64,000 nucleotides of DNA from Spirochaetia bacterium (GCA_965226055.1 CBDDCA010000005.1:608001-672000), one strand, 5' to 3'. Shown: positions 1 through 11,319, counted from the first letter of the stretch. The notes: generated by a model from the sequence alone, not told the origin. Program-made: numbers and translations.

Positions 1-1663
1 GTGTATAAGATGCTTCCTCTTCTTCTCGATACAATGTCAATACTACAGGATACTCCTCAGGCACTATAGTTTCACTGTGACTCTCTGAGTGAGCATCCTG
101 TGATACCATAGAAGCAAGCTGTGTTTGATACTGCACTGAACTAGGATTAAAGATCCTTTGTAGTTGTAGATCTTTATTATTGAACAAAACATCAAATACC
201 ACATTAAAAAAATGAATGAGCAGATGACTACTTCGATGATTATGACGTAAATACAATGTTTCTTGCATTTCACTGTTCATAGCAGTAAAACTTTGTACCT
301 CTGCTCCCCTAAAAGAATAAATGGACTGTTGAGGATCTCCCACAAAATAAAACTTTTGTTCTTCAAGAAACAACTCATCCTTTTGAGTACGTATTGACCG
401 TGTTTTCTCTGAATCTTGTTTAGAAAGATTATATAAAAATGACTTTTGTTGAAAATTATTATCTTGAGCTTCGTCCACAATAATAAAACGATACGAAGAA
501 GCAAACCATTGTTGTACATCAGGATAATTGTCCAATACTGTACTTGCAAGGTTGGCAATATCAGAAAATGAAAATAGTAAATTTTGTTTTCTATATACAA
601 TCCAGTCCTGTGCTAACTGCTGTATCACCGTATACAACAATGTATATACATGTGGCACATGCCCCTCATGTTTAAGAAGATCCTCTATACGCTTCGATTC
701 AAATATCAGCTCCTTACATGCCTTAAACATATCCTTTTCTTTTGCTGATACCAGCTTACCAAAATTTCCTCTAAAGTCTATGTTACCTAACTGTTCCACA
801 ACAAACGGTGCATCTACCTCCGACCATTCTTTCTGCGATACAGCCTCATATATTGAGAAGAAAGCATTCGCTCTCTTCTTCACTGACTCAGCATCATCTT
901 CTTCTATCACTCTCTTAAAAACATCGTTAAGATAAGAAATTTTTTCTATAATGTCTGCATGAAAACTATGCAACATATGTTGCACTCTGTTCTTGCATTG
1001 CTCAAAAATAGCATTGATATCAAAAAACTTCTCTCTATGTTCTGCATTAAGATTTTGCAAAGCAGGAAATATATAATCAGAAATAACCTCATCAATATCC
1101 ATTATAGATACAATCTCAATAATAGCCTCACTGTTCTTTTTTTGTTTGAAAATCCATCGAAACACAAAATCTCGTAACTCTTTGTTATAATGAGCACTAT
1201 AATGAATTCCTCCCATATATCCTAATCTGTTTGCTGCAATATTAGCAATACGTAAACAAAAAGAATCAATAGTTGAAATCTGAGCATCTATATAATGCGA
1301 TAATTGCTCTTCAAGAAAATCTACATCTTCTTTTGAAAGAGCAACTCCTATATGAGAACGAGTCTCTATAGCTTGTAGTATTTGCTTTCGAATACGAGCA
1401 TGCATCTCAGCACTTGCCTTTATAGTAAATGTAAGAACTAATATCTGCGACAATGGAACTTTTTTTGAAAGCATAAGATATACCACACGCATAGCCAACA
1501 CTGTTGTTTTTCCACTTCCTGCACCAGCTACCACTACCGCATTGTCCACCACCCTAGCGGCTTTTTTTTGTTCCTCTGTAAGCTGTAGTGTTTTCTTTTG
1601 TGTAGCTACACTATCTTTACTACTTTGCATATCACTTTGCATTGCAACACTATGATAACACAT
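1..1663 (-). CDS. addA: UvrD/AddA-family ATP-dependent helicase(/nuclease), 5' part; runs off the window start
   Basis: Not in the ORF track because it is open at the edge. Manual translation gives LTEEQKKA (Q motif), VVAGAGSGKTT (Walker A), ILVLTFTIKASAEM (Ia), ISTIDSF, IIVDEAQD (Walker B), FVGDPQQSIYSFRGA (III) and LRHNHRS (IV). ATG at 1663 abuts the upstream stop; alternative starts at 1642 and 1630. Confidence 0.88.
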   Translation of the reverse strand, partial: MCYHSVAMQSDMQSSKDSVATQKKTLQLTEEQKKAARVVDNAVVVAGAGSGKTTVLAMRVVYLMLSKKVPLSQILVLTFTIKASAEMHARIRKQILQAIETRSHIGVALSKEDVDFLEEQLSHYIDAQISTIDSFCLRIANIAANRLGYMGGIHYSAHYNKELRDFVFRWIFKQKKNSEAIIEIVSIMDIDEVISDYIFPALQNLNAEHREKFFDINAIFEQCKNRVQHMLHSFHADIIEKISYLNDVFKRVIEEDDAESVKKRANAFFSIYEAVSQKEWSEVDAPFVVEQLGNIDFRGNFGKLVSAKEKDMFKACKELIFESKRIEDLLKHEGHVPHVYTLLYTVIQQLAQDWIVYRKQNLLFSFSDIANLASTVLDNYPDVQQWFASSYRFIIVDEAQDNNFQQKSFLYNLSKQDSEKTRSIRTQKDELFLEEQKFYFVGDPQQSIYSFRGAEVQSFTAMNSEMQETLYLRHNHRSSHLLIHFFNVVFDVLFNNKDLQLQRIFNPSSVQYQTQLASMVSQDAHSESHSETIVPEEYPVVLTLYREEEEASYT

Positions 1664-1664
1664 A

Positions 1665-4600
1665 TCAATCTCTATTCCTATATATAAAACATTGTTCTCG
1701 TAAAATTAAAGACACAATAAAATTTTCTACTATACTCTCTTTCTTATTTTTCACATCAGTATCTGTGTCTACAAACAAACGAGAAAAATCCAACTGATAC
1801 ACAGAAGACAAAGCATGCAATAAATTCTCTTCTATAGTAGAAAGAAACATATGTATCTTCTCCGTACGCTTTCGCATAGCTGTTTGTGTACGAGGAGATG
1901 GCATATATTCTGAAACATCTCCTTTTCCAATATCACTATTATATTTTTGTAGCGTTTGCTCTATATAATCAAGCATGTGCAGAGAACTACTTTCATGTAA
2001 TGCTTGAGGCACAGGAAACACTGTATTATACAGAGACATATCTTTGTAGCTATCGGCAATATAATACAATGCTCCTTTTACATATCCCACCATTCCATCA
2101 GCAGTAGAAGTCCCCCCCTCTTTCCCTTGAGCAGTAGCATCATTGTCTTCTTTTATACTTGACATCTGATAAAACAAAAAATGAGTATGCTTACTTACAA
2201 GTACATGATAGGCCCACAGCTGTGTAAAATAACGTTCAAGCATTTGAGCATTGGTACTTTTACGCAGTTTATAATCAAAAAAACTATAGTACTCCTCTCC
2301 TTGATGAGAAAAACATAGATCAGGTTTGCCTTGTAATACAAAAGGAGGAAATTGTATATCATTACACATAATTTCAGAAAGATCAAAATCAATAGACTCT
2401 TCAATGATATGTATTGATGATTTCTGAGTATAGAGAGCATACAACAACACTGACATAAAACGATAGAGTAACACTTCATCAAAGGCATGCTCTATTGACT
2501 GTTGCATAAAGAAATACAATGATTCGTTCACTAAGCGTTGCATAAACAAAGCCTTGCCTTCTGCAACAATATCAGGCACCAACGATAAAAGTACATCAAG
2601 CTGTGACTGAGAATCAATAGCTCCAGAATCTCCCATCGTCTGTATATGCTTTGCTACCATTGATGCCATATGTGCAAATGTCTCATGAATAAGCGAACTA
2701 AAAAGCATTCTCTCAGAATACAAAAAAATATTTTGTGCAAACAACTCTCGTATCTGAAAAACATTGTTCAACATATACACCATTGGATTTTCAAGAACAA
2801 GCGATAAATTGCTAGGATGTATATGTGAATGAAGCATACTTTTTTTATGAACATTCTTATGCGTAAGATTTCTTTGATATTTTTCTCGCACCTTTTTGTC
2901 AACAGCATGGGTAAAGAAAGAAGCATTTTTTGTAGCACTCTGAATATGTTGTTGATACTCCAATCCTTGTTTTTGTACGGACGATATTGTACAAAAAGAT
3001 GTTTCTGTTTCTGCAATAGCTCCCTGTCTCTCCTTATTATTGTGTGTATGTATAGAACTACACAGCTTTTCCCAGTACTGTTGTTCTTTTTGAAAAGTAT
3101 CCACAACAAACGCAGGCTCTATATTGTTCCAAAATGCAGGATCAGGCTGTACTCCGTCTGGACTCTGTGCAGAAAAGCTAAACGCAACAGTATCAGAACA
3201 ATAATCAAGACTAGACTGTATATACTGATTTCGTTTCTCATAGCGCTGTTGTAACGCATCACTCATATAGCGCTTACTTAGCATCTCATGAAAGAATGTA
3301 GGCTTTGAAAGCACTCTAGCAAATGCGTTCTGATTACACCCAATATAGTATTGATACGCATATTCACAATACAGAGAATGAGGAAACACACACAAAGCAA
3401 CAGAAGATTGTGTATGACTATCACTATCATGTCTCCTATACTGAGTAAGGTGGGCACGTAACACATGAAATGGAGATTTTGCAATCTCTTTCTCAAAATT
3501 ATCATATGTTTGTTCCATATGCTTACTGAGAACAACATAATCATCCAGTGTTTCATATAACTGCTTTAGCCACACAATACCCTCTAATGCATCCTGACAC
3601 ATATATGTATCAATGAGAACATGCACACTCTCTCTCAATTCTACAAAACTGCTTGCCTGTACAATAGTACGAAACATATGTTGAATACTAAAAAAATACT
3701 CGTATATAGTAAGGGTATGTACTGCTCTTTGCTCTTTCCTATGTTCCATAGCCTCCAATTCATCTGTATTTTCATCTATATTATTTGTATAGCCATGTGT
3801 ATGCTGTTCATTATCTTCATTCAGATGATCATTTTTCTTAACTTCACGAGCAAGCACTTTTTTCCATAACGATAAATCATTACTATCGTTTGGGATTTTT
3901 TCATATCCAAGTTGAACAATACGAACATGCATAGCTCGTTGTTTCCATGGGATACGTGGATCCATAAACAAATTTTGCAATGTATGTACAGTACATCCTT
4001 TGGAATACAGTTGCCACATATGTTCTAACAAAGGAAAATGTTGCACCATATGTATATCCTGTAAAACGATACCATATTGCTTTGCAGTACTATATATATC
4101 TTCTATTATTGTTGGATTATTATCACACAATGTTATTGCAATAGAATGTGGCTCAACAGAAGTAAGTTTTTCTTGAATACTTTTACAAACATAGTGGAGT
4201 TCCTGTCTTGTATACATAAATTTCTTTATTGTTTTTTGAGAATATGCTGATACACTCATAGTTTGCATGTACTCCATGTAGTCAGAAAAACTACATTGTG
4301 TATAAGGAGCATCATTACTCTTATGTTCTGTATAAGCAGATGCCATAGTATCGTTTTGTTTTCTATTTGATATATCCTGAAAAAAACACATACTATTCAT
4401 CACTTCATTTTGATATAAATACAAAAAACGAGATTGTTGTTCATTGCTCAGCAACTGTGGAAACAAAAACACAAACATATCATCAATACAGATATGTTGT
4501 TTTACGAGCAATGTAGGCAACACTAATGTATCTATACAGTTACTCTTGGTAAGTATCTGTACATACGATGCGTAAAACACCTCTATACAATGCACAAAAA

Positions 4601-5024
4601 AATCATTATCGCTACAAGTGTGTAGTATAAGGTGATATGCTTGTAATAAAGCCTCAAACTTCAACACATAGTTTTGTGAAAATTCCTCTAAAGAAATACT
4701 ATTATTAGCACTATCAATCTGTTCAAGTCTAAAAAGCATATTCTGTACCTCTTTTTGTTGAAGCACCATACTTAAGAGTATATGTCGTTCCTTACGAGAC
4801 AGAGAATACATCAATTCACATTGTTGTATATCAAGAGAAGAAAGATATTTGCGAGACAGAAAATCAAATACCGATGAACTATTCATACAGTATTCTAAAG
4901 ATACAATATCTACATGCTCACTTAACTGACGACACCAAAAATTTCGCAATTCCTCTGTTGGAAAAACAATATATCGCTTATGGTAAATAGAATCAATAAG
5001 ATATTGAAGTATGTTACTATGCAC
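1665..5024 (-). CDS. AddB-like protein with C-terminal RecB-family PD-(D/E)XK nuclease domain
   Basis: 1119 aa. C-terminal motifs LQGKPDL...FFDYKL...QLWAYH. Lies directly upstream of the AddA-like helicase in the usual addB-addA order. N-terminal part highly diverged. Confidence 0.7.
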   Translation of the reverse strand: MHSNILQYLIDSIYHKRYIVFPTEELRNFWCRQLSEHVDIVSLEYCMNSSSVFDFLSRKYLSSLDIQQCELMYSLSRKERHILLSMVLQQKEVQNMLFRLEQIDSANNSISLEEFSQNYVLKFEALLQAYHLILHTCSDNDFFVHCIEVFYASYVQILTKSNCIDTLVLPTLLVKQHICIDDMFVFLFPQLLSNEQQSRFLYLYQNEVMNSMCFFQDISNRKQNDTMASAYTEHKSNDAPYTQCSFSDYMEYMQTMSVSAYSQKTIKKFMYTRQELHYVCKSIQEKLTSVEPHSIAITLCDNNPTIIEDIYSTAKQYGIVLQDIHMVQHFPLLEHMWQLYSKGCTVHTLQNLFMDPRIPWKQRAMHVRIVQLGYEKIPNDSNDLSLWKKVLAREVKKNDHLNEDNEQHTHGYTNNIDENTDELEAMEHRKEQRAVHTLTIYEYFFSIQHMFRTIVQASSFVELRESVHVLIDTYMCQDALEGIVWLKQLYETLDDYVVLSKHMEQTYDNFEKEIAKSPFHVLRAHLTQYRRHDSDSHTQSSVALCVFPHSLYCEYAYQYYIGCNQNAFARVLSKPTFFHEMLSKRYMSDALQQRYEKRNQYIQSSLDYCSDTVAFSFSAQSPDGVQPDPAFWNNIEPAFVVDTFQKEQQYWEKLCSSIHTHNNKERQGAIAETETSFCTISSVQKQGLEYQQHIQSATKNASFFTHAVDKKVREKYQRNLTHKNVHKKSMLHSHIHPSNLSLVLENPMVYMLNNVFQIRELFAQNIFLYSERMLFSSLIHETFAHMASMVAKHIQTMGDSGAIDSQSQLDVLLSLVPDIVAEGKALFMQRLVNESLYFFMQQSIEHAFDEVLLYRFMSVLLYALYTQKSSIHIIEESIDFDLSEIMCNDIQFPPFVLQGKPDLCFSHQGEEYYSFFDYKLRKSTNAQMLERYFTQLWAYHVLVSKHTHFLFYQMSSIKEDNDATAQGKEGGTSTADGMVGYVKGALYYIADSYKDMSLYNTVFPVPQALHESSSLHMLDYIEQTLQKYNSDIGKGDVSEYMPSPRTQTAMRKRTEKIHMFLSTIEENLLHALSSVYQLDFSRLFVDTDTDVKNKKESIVENFIVSLILREQCFIYRNRD

Positions 5025-5093
5025 TATCTAAAGTATACACTAATACTCTCTTTCCTACATAGTGCATAGCATTACATACATTATATTCTTTCT

Positions 5094-8060
5094 TTAATAC
5101 CAACTTGGCAGCGAGGTAACACCAGAACCTTGAAACATATTATCTTTGTTTATATTGTTTCCTACATTCCAATTTTCAAGATTCTTATCAAAGTTTTTTG
5201 CATGCGAAAACATCCAACTCATATTCGTAACATTACTCACATTCCAGCCTGATATATCACTATTAAATACAGAGGCTTTCAAAAACATATTTTTCATATC
5301 CGTAACATTTCCCACACTCCAATTCGATATATCGCCATTAAATACAGAAGCTCTATAAAACATACTACCCATATCTATAACATTTCCCACATTCCATTTT
5401 GATATATCTCCATTAAATACAGAAGCTCCATAAAACATACTACTCATATCGGTAACTTTACTTACATTCCATTTTGATATATCTCCATTAAACGCCTCTG
5501 CAGAGATAAACATATCACTCATATCCCTAACATTACTCACGTCCCACTCTGATATATCGCCATTAAATACAGAAGCTCCATAAAACATACTACTCATATC
5601 TATAACATTACTCACATCCCAGCCTGATATATCGCCATTAAAATTCCTTTTATGTGCAAATAAATCACTCATATCCTTTATAGCACTTGTATCTATTTCG
5701 TTTAGGTTTGCAGTATTTCCTTCTTTCTTTAATACTGTTTCAATAGCTTCCTTTAATGTATCTTTATTATATGGAATGTATCGTATATCATATGCTACTG
5801 ATATTTTAGTAGCCCAACTTGGCAATGAAGTTACCCCAGAATATGAAAACATCTTATATTGATCTACATTTCCTTCTATATTCCATCTTTCAAGTTCTTG
5901 ATTAAACTTTTTTGCTCTATAAAACATCCAACTCATATCCGTAACACTTCCCACATCCCAGCCTGATACATCTCTATTAAACACTTTTACACTCGCAAAC
6001 ATCCAACCCATATCCCTAACATTACTCACATTCCATCCTGATATATCACTATTAAATGCATCTGCATAGTGAAACATACCTCTCATATTCGTAACACTAC
6101 TCACATTCCAATCTGATATATCTCCATTAAACGCCTCTGCAAAACCAAACATTCCACTCATACCCCTAACATTTCCTACATTCCATCCTGATAGATCTTG
6201 ATTAAACTTTTTTGCTTTAAAGAACATACTACCCATACTGGTAACATTTCTCACATCCCAGCCCGATATATCTTGATTAAACCCTATTGCATGTGCAAAC
6301 ATACCATTCATATTTGTAACATTTCTCACATTCCACTTTGATATATCTCCATTAAACTTTGAAGCATAAAACATCTTACTCATATCTTTTACATTGCTTA
6401 CATCCCACTCTGATATATTGCCATTAAAATCACTTATATTTGCAAATAAATCACTCATATCCTTTATAGCACTTGTATCTATATTATTGAGATTTGCTTT
6501 TCTTCCTTGCTTCCGTATTTCTACTGCAATGACTTTATATAACTCAGACTTGTTTTGCGGACTGTGAGCATACGCCCCTGATGTTGTAGTAGCCGTAGTA
6601 GCCCAACTTGGCAGTGAACTTACTCCAGACCCTTGAAACATCTTATATTTGTTTACATTGTCTCCCACATTCCATCTTTCAAGATTCTTATCAAAAACCT
6701 TTGCATTATAAAACATCCTGTTCATATCTTTTACTTTACTTACATTCCAACCCGATATATCACTATTAAACGCATAGGCATACTCAAACATACTCCCCAT
6801 ATTTTCAACATTGCTTACATTCCATTTTGATATGTCTCCATTAAAATCTCCTGCTTGAGCAAACATTTTATCCATATTTGTAACATTGCTTACATCCCAC
6901 TCTGATATATCTCCATTAAAATCATTTATATTTACAAATAAATCACTCATATCCTTTATAGCACTTGTATCTATATTATTAAGATTTGCTTTTCTTCCTT
7001 GCTTCCATATTTCTACTGCAATGACTTTATATAACTCATCTTTGTTTTGCGGACTGTGAGCATACGCCCCTGATGTTGTAGTAGCCGTAGTAGCCCAACT
7101 TGGCAGTGGACTTACTCCAGACCCCTGAAACATCTTATATTTGTTTACATTGTCTCTCAAATTCCATCTTTCAAGATTTTTATCAAAAACCTTTGCATTA
7201 TAAAACATCCTGTTCATATCTTTTACTTTACTTACATCCCAGCCCGATATATCTCCATTAAATGTATCTGAATCATAAAACATACCACTCATATCCCTAA
7301 CATTTCCAACATCCCAGCTTGATATATCACCAGTAAACCCCGATCTATAGTAAGTTTCACTCCCAAACATCCAGCTCATATCTATAACATTACGCACATC
7401 CCACTTTGATATATCACTATTAAATACCGATGCTCCATAAAACATACCGTTCATATAAATGACTTTACTCACATCCCATCCCGATATATCTTGATTAAAT
7501 GCTGCTGAAAACTTAAACATGAAAGATATATTTTTTACATTCCCCACTTTCCATTTCGATATATCTTGGTTAAAACTTATGGCAGAATCAAACATCCTGC
7601 TCATATCCGTTACTTTACTTACATCCCATTTCGATATATCACTATTAAATGCATAGGCATACTCAAACATACGAGACATATTTGTAACCTTGCTTACATT
7701 CCATTTTGATATGTCTCCATTAAAATTTCCCGCTTGAGCAAACATTTTATACATATTTGTAACATTGCTTACATCCCACTCTGATATATCTCCGTTAAAA
7801 CTTCTTTTACTTGCAAATAAACCACTCATATCAGTGATAGCACTTGTATCTATATTATTAAGATTTGCTTTATTTCCTTTTATTCCTATTTCTACATCTA
7901 TAACTTTTTTTAAGTCAATCTTAGTTTTTGGACGATAACTAATATTCTTATTATACAATGACAATAACTCATCACAATTCATGAGAGACAGTAAAACTAC
8001 TATCATACATACAAAAAAGAAGGCTTTCTTTGTATGTTGAAAACTAAAAAATGAACGCAT
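5094..8060 (-). CDS. DUF285 (BspA-like, 25-aa repeat) surface lipoprotein, 4 capped modules
   Basis: Signal peptide ending LSLMNC; many MF..A..FN.DIS.WDV repeats. AAGGAG RBS favours ATG at 8060 over 8081. Confidence 0.9.
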   Translation of the reverse strand: MRSFFSFQHTKKAFFFVCMIVVLLSLMNCDELLSLYNKNISYRPKTKIDLKKVIDVEIGIKGNKANLNNIDTSAITDMSGLFASKRSFNGDISEWDVSNVTNMYKMFAQAGNFNGDISKWNVSKVTNMSRMFEYAYAFNSDISKWDVSKVTDMSRMFDSAISFNQDISKWKVGNVKNISFMFKFSAAFNQDISGWDVSKVIYMNGMFYGASVFNSDISKWDVRNVIDMSWMFGSETYYRSGFTGDISSWDVGNVRDMSGMFYDSDTFNGDISGWDVSKVKDMNRMFYNAKVFDKNLERWNLRDNVNKYKMFQGSGVSPLPSWATTATTTSGAYAHSPQNKDELYKVIAVEIWKQGRKANLNNIDTSAIKDMSDLFVNINDFNGDISEWDVSNVTNMDKMFAQAGDFNGDISKWNVSNVENMGSMFEYAYAFNSDISGWNVSKVKDMNRMFYNAKVFDKNLERWNVGDNVNKYKMFQGSGVSSLPSWATTATTTSGAYAHSPQNKSELYKVIAVEIRKQGRKANLNNIDTSAIKDMSDLFANISDFNGNISEWDVSNVKDMSKMFYASKFNGDISKWNVRNVTNMNGMFAHAIGFNQDISGWDVRNVTSMGSMFFKAKKFNQDLSGWNVGNVRGMSGMFGFAEAFNGDISDWNVSSVTNMRGMFHYADAFNSDISGWNVSNVRDMGWMFASVKVFNRDVSGWDVGSVTDMSWMFYRAKKFNQELERWNIEGNVDQYKMFSYSGVTSLPSWATKISVAYDIRYIPYNKDTLKEAIETVLKKEGNTANLNEIDTSAIKDMSDLFAHKRNFNGDISGWDVSNVIDMSSMFYGASVFNGDISEWDVSNVRDMSDMFISAEAFNGDISKWNVSKVTDMSSMFYGASVFNGDISKWNVGNVIDMGSMFYRASVFNGDISNWSVGNVTDMKNMFLKASVFNSDISGWNVSNVTNMSWMFSHAKNFDKNLENWNVGNNINKDNMFQGSGVTSLPSWY

Positions 8061-8099
8061 AGTATTCTCCTTTATTTTCATATGAAAATATTCAATTAC

Positions 8100-8128
8100 A
8101 TTATATCATAAAACATATATAACAACAA
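8100..8128 (-). promoter_or_regulatory. Putative sigma70 promoter for the 5094-8060 gene
   Basis: Minus strand TTGTTG - 17 bp - TATAAT, with TG extension (TGA-TATAAT). Confidence 0.45.
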
Positions 8129-8131
8129 TAC

Positions 8132-11100
8132 CTAATTTGCCCAACTTGGTGGTGATGTTACCCCAGATTTTGTAAATATACCCGATTTCTCTACACTCGA
8201 TCCGACATTCCAACGTGATAAATCTCTATTAAATGCAGATGCTAAATAAAACATAGCACTCATATCCGTAACATTGCTCACATCCCATCCCGATATATCT
8301 TGATTAAACGCAGAAGTAGTAAAAAACATCCCTGAAGTATCTGTAACTGCAGTTACTGTCCATGATCTTATATTGCCATTAAATGCTGTGTGGGCAAACA
8401 TATAGGACATATTCTTAACCTTACTCACATCCCAATCAGGTAAGTTTTGATTAAAAACACTCGCGTTATTAAACATACTACTCATAATAGTAACCTTCCC
8501 TACTTTCCATTTGGATATATTTTGATTAAACACCGATGCTTCATTAAACATTTGTTCCATATTTTCAACATTACTCACATTCCATCCCGATATATCTTGA
8601 TTAAACTTTGCTGCAGCATTAAACATTGCTTTCATATTTGTAACTTTGCTTACATCCCATTTCGATATATCTCCATTAAATGCACTAGCATTATTAAACA
8701 TATAAGACATATTAGTAACATTACGTACATTCCATTTTGATATATCCCCGTTAAAAGTTGTTTTTCCTGCAAACACAACATGCATATTAGTTATGGCACT
8801 TGTATCTATATTATTGAGATTTGCAGCATTCCCTTGCTTCTTTATTTCTACTGCAATAGCATTCTGTAACTCATTTTTTGTTGTTGGACTGTGAACATAT
8901 GTTACTGATGATGCAGTAGCCCAACTTGGTGGTGAACTTACTCCAGAATCTTGAAACATCTTCCCTCTGTCTACACTCTGGTGTACATTCCAGCTTGATA
9001 AATCTTGATTAAATTTTGATGCAGAATAAAACATTTTATTCATATCTGTCACTTTGCTTATGTCCCATCCCGATATATCTTGATTAAATTTTGATGCTGC
9101 ATTAAACATACTTCTCATAATAGTAACCTTCCCTACTTTCCATTTCGATATATCACTATTAAACACCGATGCATTATAAAACATCATGTTCATACTCGTA
9201 ACATTACTCACATCCCACTCCGATAGATCTTGATTAAACACTGTCGCATACTTAAACATAAAGGACATATTTTTTACTTTTCCTACTTTCCATTCGGATA
9301 TATCTTGGTTAAAGCTCGTGGCAGCATCAAACATAACACTCATATCTGTTACTTTACTCACATCCCAGTCCGATATGTCACTATTAAATGCCCATGCTTG
9401 CTCAAACATTCTTTCCATAGTCGTAACTTTGCTTACATCCCACTTTGATATATTCCCATTAAAAGTCTTGTTCCTTGCAAATAAATTACTCATATCGGTG
9501 ATAGCACTTGTATCTATATTATTTAAGTTTGCTTTATTCCCTTGCTTCTTTATTTCTGCTGCTATAGCTTTCTCTAACTCAGCTTTTGTTTTTGGACTGT
9601 GGTCGTATGATACTGATGATGCAGTAGCCCAACTTGGCGGTGAAGCCACTCCAGAGTCCTTAAACATATCTTCTCTATCCACACTCGGATGTACATTCCA
9701 GCTTGATAGATCTTGATTAAATTTTGCTGCAGAATCAAACATACTTCTCATAATAGTAACCTTCCCTACTTTCCATTTCGATATATCACTATTAAACACC
9801 CGTGCATTATAAAACATCATGTTCATATTGGTAACATTACTCACATCCCAGTCTGATAGATCTTGATTAAACACTGTCGCATACTTAAACATAAAGGACA
9901 TATTTTTTACTTTTCCTACTTTCCATTCGGATATATCTTGGTTAAAGCTCGTGGCAGCATCAAACATAACACTCATATCTGTTACTTTACTTACATCCCA
10001 CTCCGATATATCACTATTAAATGCATGTGCTTGCTCAAACATGCTCCCCATATTTTCAACATTGCTTACTTTCCACTTCGATACATCCCCACTAAATGCG
10101 TTTGCATGAGCAAATATACCAGACATATTTGTAACCCTGCCTACATTCCATTTAGATACATCCCCATTAAAAGTCTTGTTCCCTGCAAATAAACGACTCA
10201 TATCGGTAATAGCACTTGTATCTATATTATTTAAGTTTGCTTTATTCCCTTGCTTCTTTATTTCTGCTGCTATAGCTTTCTCTAACTCAGCTTTTGTTTT
10301 TGGACTGTGGTCGTATGATACTGATGATGCAGTAGCCCAACTTGGCGGTGAAGCCACTCCAGAGTCCTTAAACATATCTTCTCTTTTCACACTCGGATGT
10401 ACATTCCAGCTTGATAGATCTTGATTAAATTTTGCTGCAGAATCAAATATATTGTCCATATCTGTTACTTTATCAATTTTCCAATTAGATATATCCCTAT
10501 TAAACACAGATGCATGATAAAACATCATTTTCATATTTGTAACACTACTCACATCCCAGCCCGATATATCTCCATTAAATACAGTTGCATACTTAAACAT
10601 AAAGGACATATTTTTTACTTTTCCTACTTTCCATTTTGATATATCTTGGTTAAAGCTCGTGGCAGCATCAAACATAACACTCATATTTGTTACTTTACTC
10701 ACATCCCAATCCGATATATCACTATTAAATGCATGTGCTTGCTCAAACATACTCTCCATATTTTCAACATTGCTTACTTTCCACTTCGATAGATCCCCAC
10801 TAAATGCGTTTGCATGAGCAAATATACCAGACATATTTGTAACCTTGCTTACATCCCACTTAGATACATCCCCATTAAAAGTCTTGTTCCCTGCAAATAA
10901 ACGACTCATATCGGTAATAGCACTTGTATCTATATTATTTAAGTTTGCTTTATTTCCTTGCTTTTTTATTTCTGATTCTATAGTTTTTAACAAATCAGCT
11001 TTTGTTTTTGGACTATAGCTAATACCTTTACTTATTAATGACAATGCCTCATCACAATTTACGAGAGACAATATCATTATCATCACACTAATAAAAAAGA

Positions 11101-11140
11101 AAGCCTTTTTTATACCTTGAACATTAAAAAAAGAATACAT
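8132..11140 (-). CDS. DUF285 repeat surface lipoprotein, 4 capped modules (A-A-A-B)
   Basis: 1002 aa; lipobox LSLVNC. Module junctions (PPSWATASSV) at 8919, 9627 and 10335, 708 bp apart. Confidence 0.92.
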   Translation of the reverse strand: MYSFFNVQGIKKAFFFISVMIMILSLVNCDEALSLISKGISYSPKTKADLLKTIESEIKKQGNKANLNNIDTSAITDMSRLFAGNKTFNGDVSKWDVSKVTNMSGIFAHANAFSGDLSKWKVSNVENMESMFEQAHAFNSDISDWDVSKVTNMSVMFDAATSFNQDISKWKVGKVKNMSFMFKYATVFNGDISGWDVSSVTNMKMMFYHASVFNRDISNWKIDKVTDMDNIFDSAAKFNQDLSSWNVHPSVKREDMFKDSGVASPPSWATASSVSYDHSPKTKAELEKAIAAEIKKQGNKANLNNIDTSAITDMSRLFAGNKTFNGDVSKWNVGRVTNMSGIFAHANAFSGDVSKWKVSNVENMGSMFEQAHAFNSDISEWDVSKVTDMSVMFDAATSFNQDISEWKVGKVKNMSFMFKYATVFNQDLSDWDVSNVTNMNMMFYNARVFNSDISKWKVGKVTIMRSMFDSAAKFNQDLSSWNVHPSVDREDMFKDSGVASPPSWATASSVSYDHSPKTKAELEKAIAAEIKKQGNKANLNNIDTSAITDMSNLFARNKTFNGNISKWDVSKVTTMERMFEQAWAFNSDISDWDVSKVTDMSVMFDAATSFNQDISEWKVGKVKNMSFMFKYATVFNQDLSEWDVSNVTSMNMMFYNASVFNSDISKWKVGKVTIMRSMFNAASKFNQDISGWDISKVTDMNKMFYSASKFNQDLSSWNVHQSVDRGKMFQDSGVSSPPSWATASSVTYVHSPTTKNELQNAIAVEIKKQGNAANLNNIDTSAITNMHVVFAGKTTFNGDISKWNVRNVTNMSYMFNNASAFNGDISKWDVSKVTNMKAMFNAAAKFNQDISGWNVSNVENMEQMFNEASVFNQNISKWKVGKVTIMSSMFNNASVFNQNLPDWDVSKVKNMSYMFAHTAFNGNIRSWTVTAVTDTSGMFFTTSAFNQDISGWDVSNVTDMSAMFYLASAFNRDLSRWNVGSSVEKSGIFTKSGVTSPPSWAN

Positions 11141-11319
11141 AGCATACCCCTTATAATTATATTTATTGTTACTATAATAAATAATAGTACTACACCAATA
11201 TCAGATTATACATAAAAATAAAAAAAATGCAAGTATATTTCTCAAATTTAAGCATTAAATACAATAAAGAAGCAAAAAGGAACAAGAACACATAAACGTA
11301 TTACTTCTTGAATACATAC
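11141..11319 (-). repeat. Intergenic paralogous repeat, copy 1, containing promoter TTGCAT-16-TATAAT
   Basis: Aligns by eye with 13093-13285 and 14276-14466 (shared caaatttaagcattaaatacaataaagaag). -10 at 11205-11210, -35 at 11227-11232. Confidence 0.8.

Noticed and set aside
64-1177. Short ORFs listed in the track
   Set aside because: They overlap the long edge-truncated AddA-like frame, which carries all the helicase motifs.
1665-5024. Cas4-like or anti-phage defence nuclease
   Set aside because: No Cas4 Cys cluster and no cas context; size and coupling to a UvrD-type helicase fit AddAB better.
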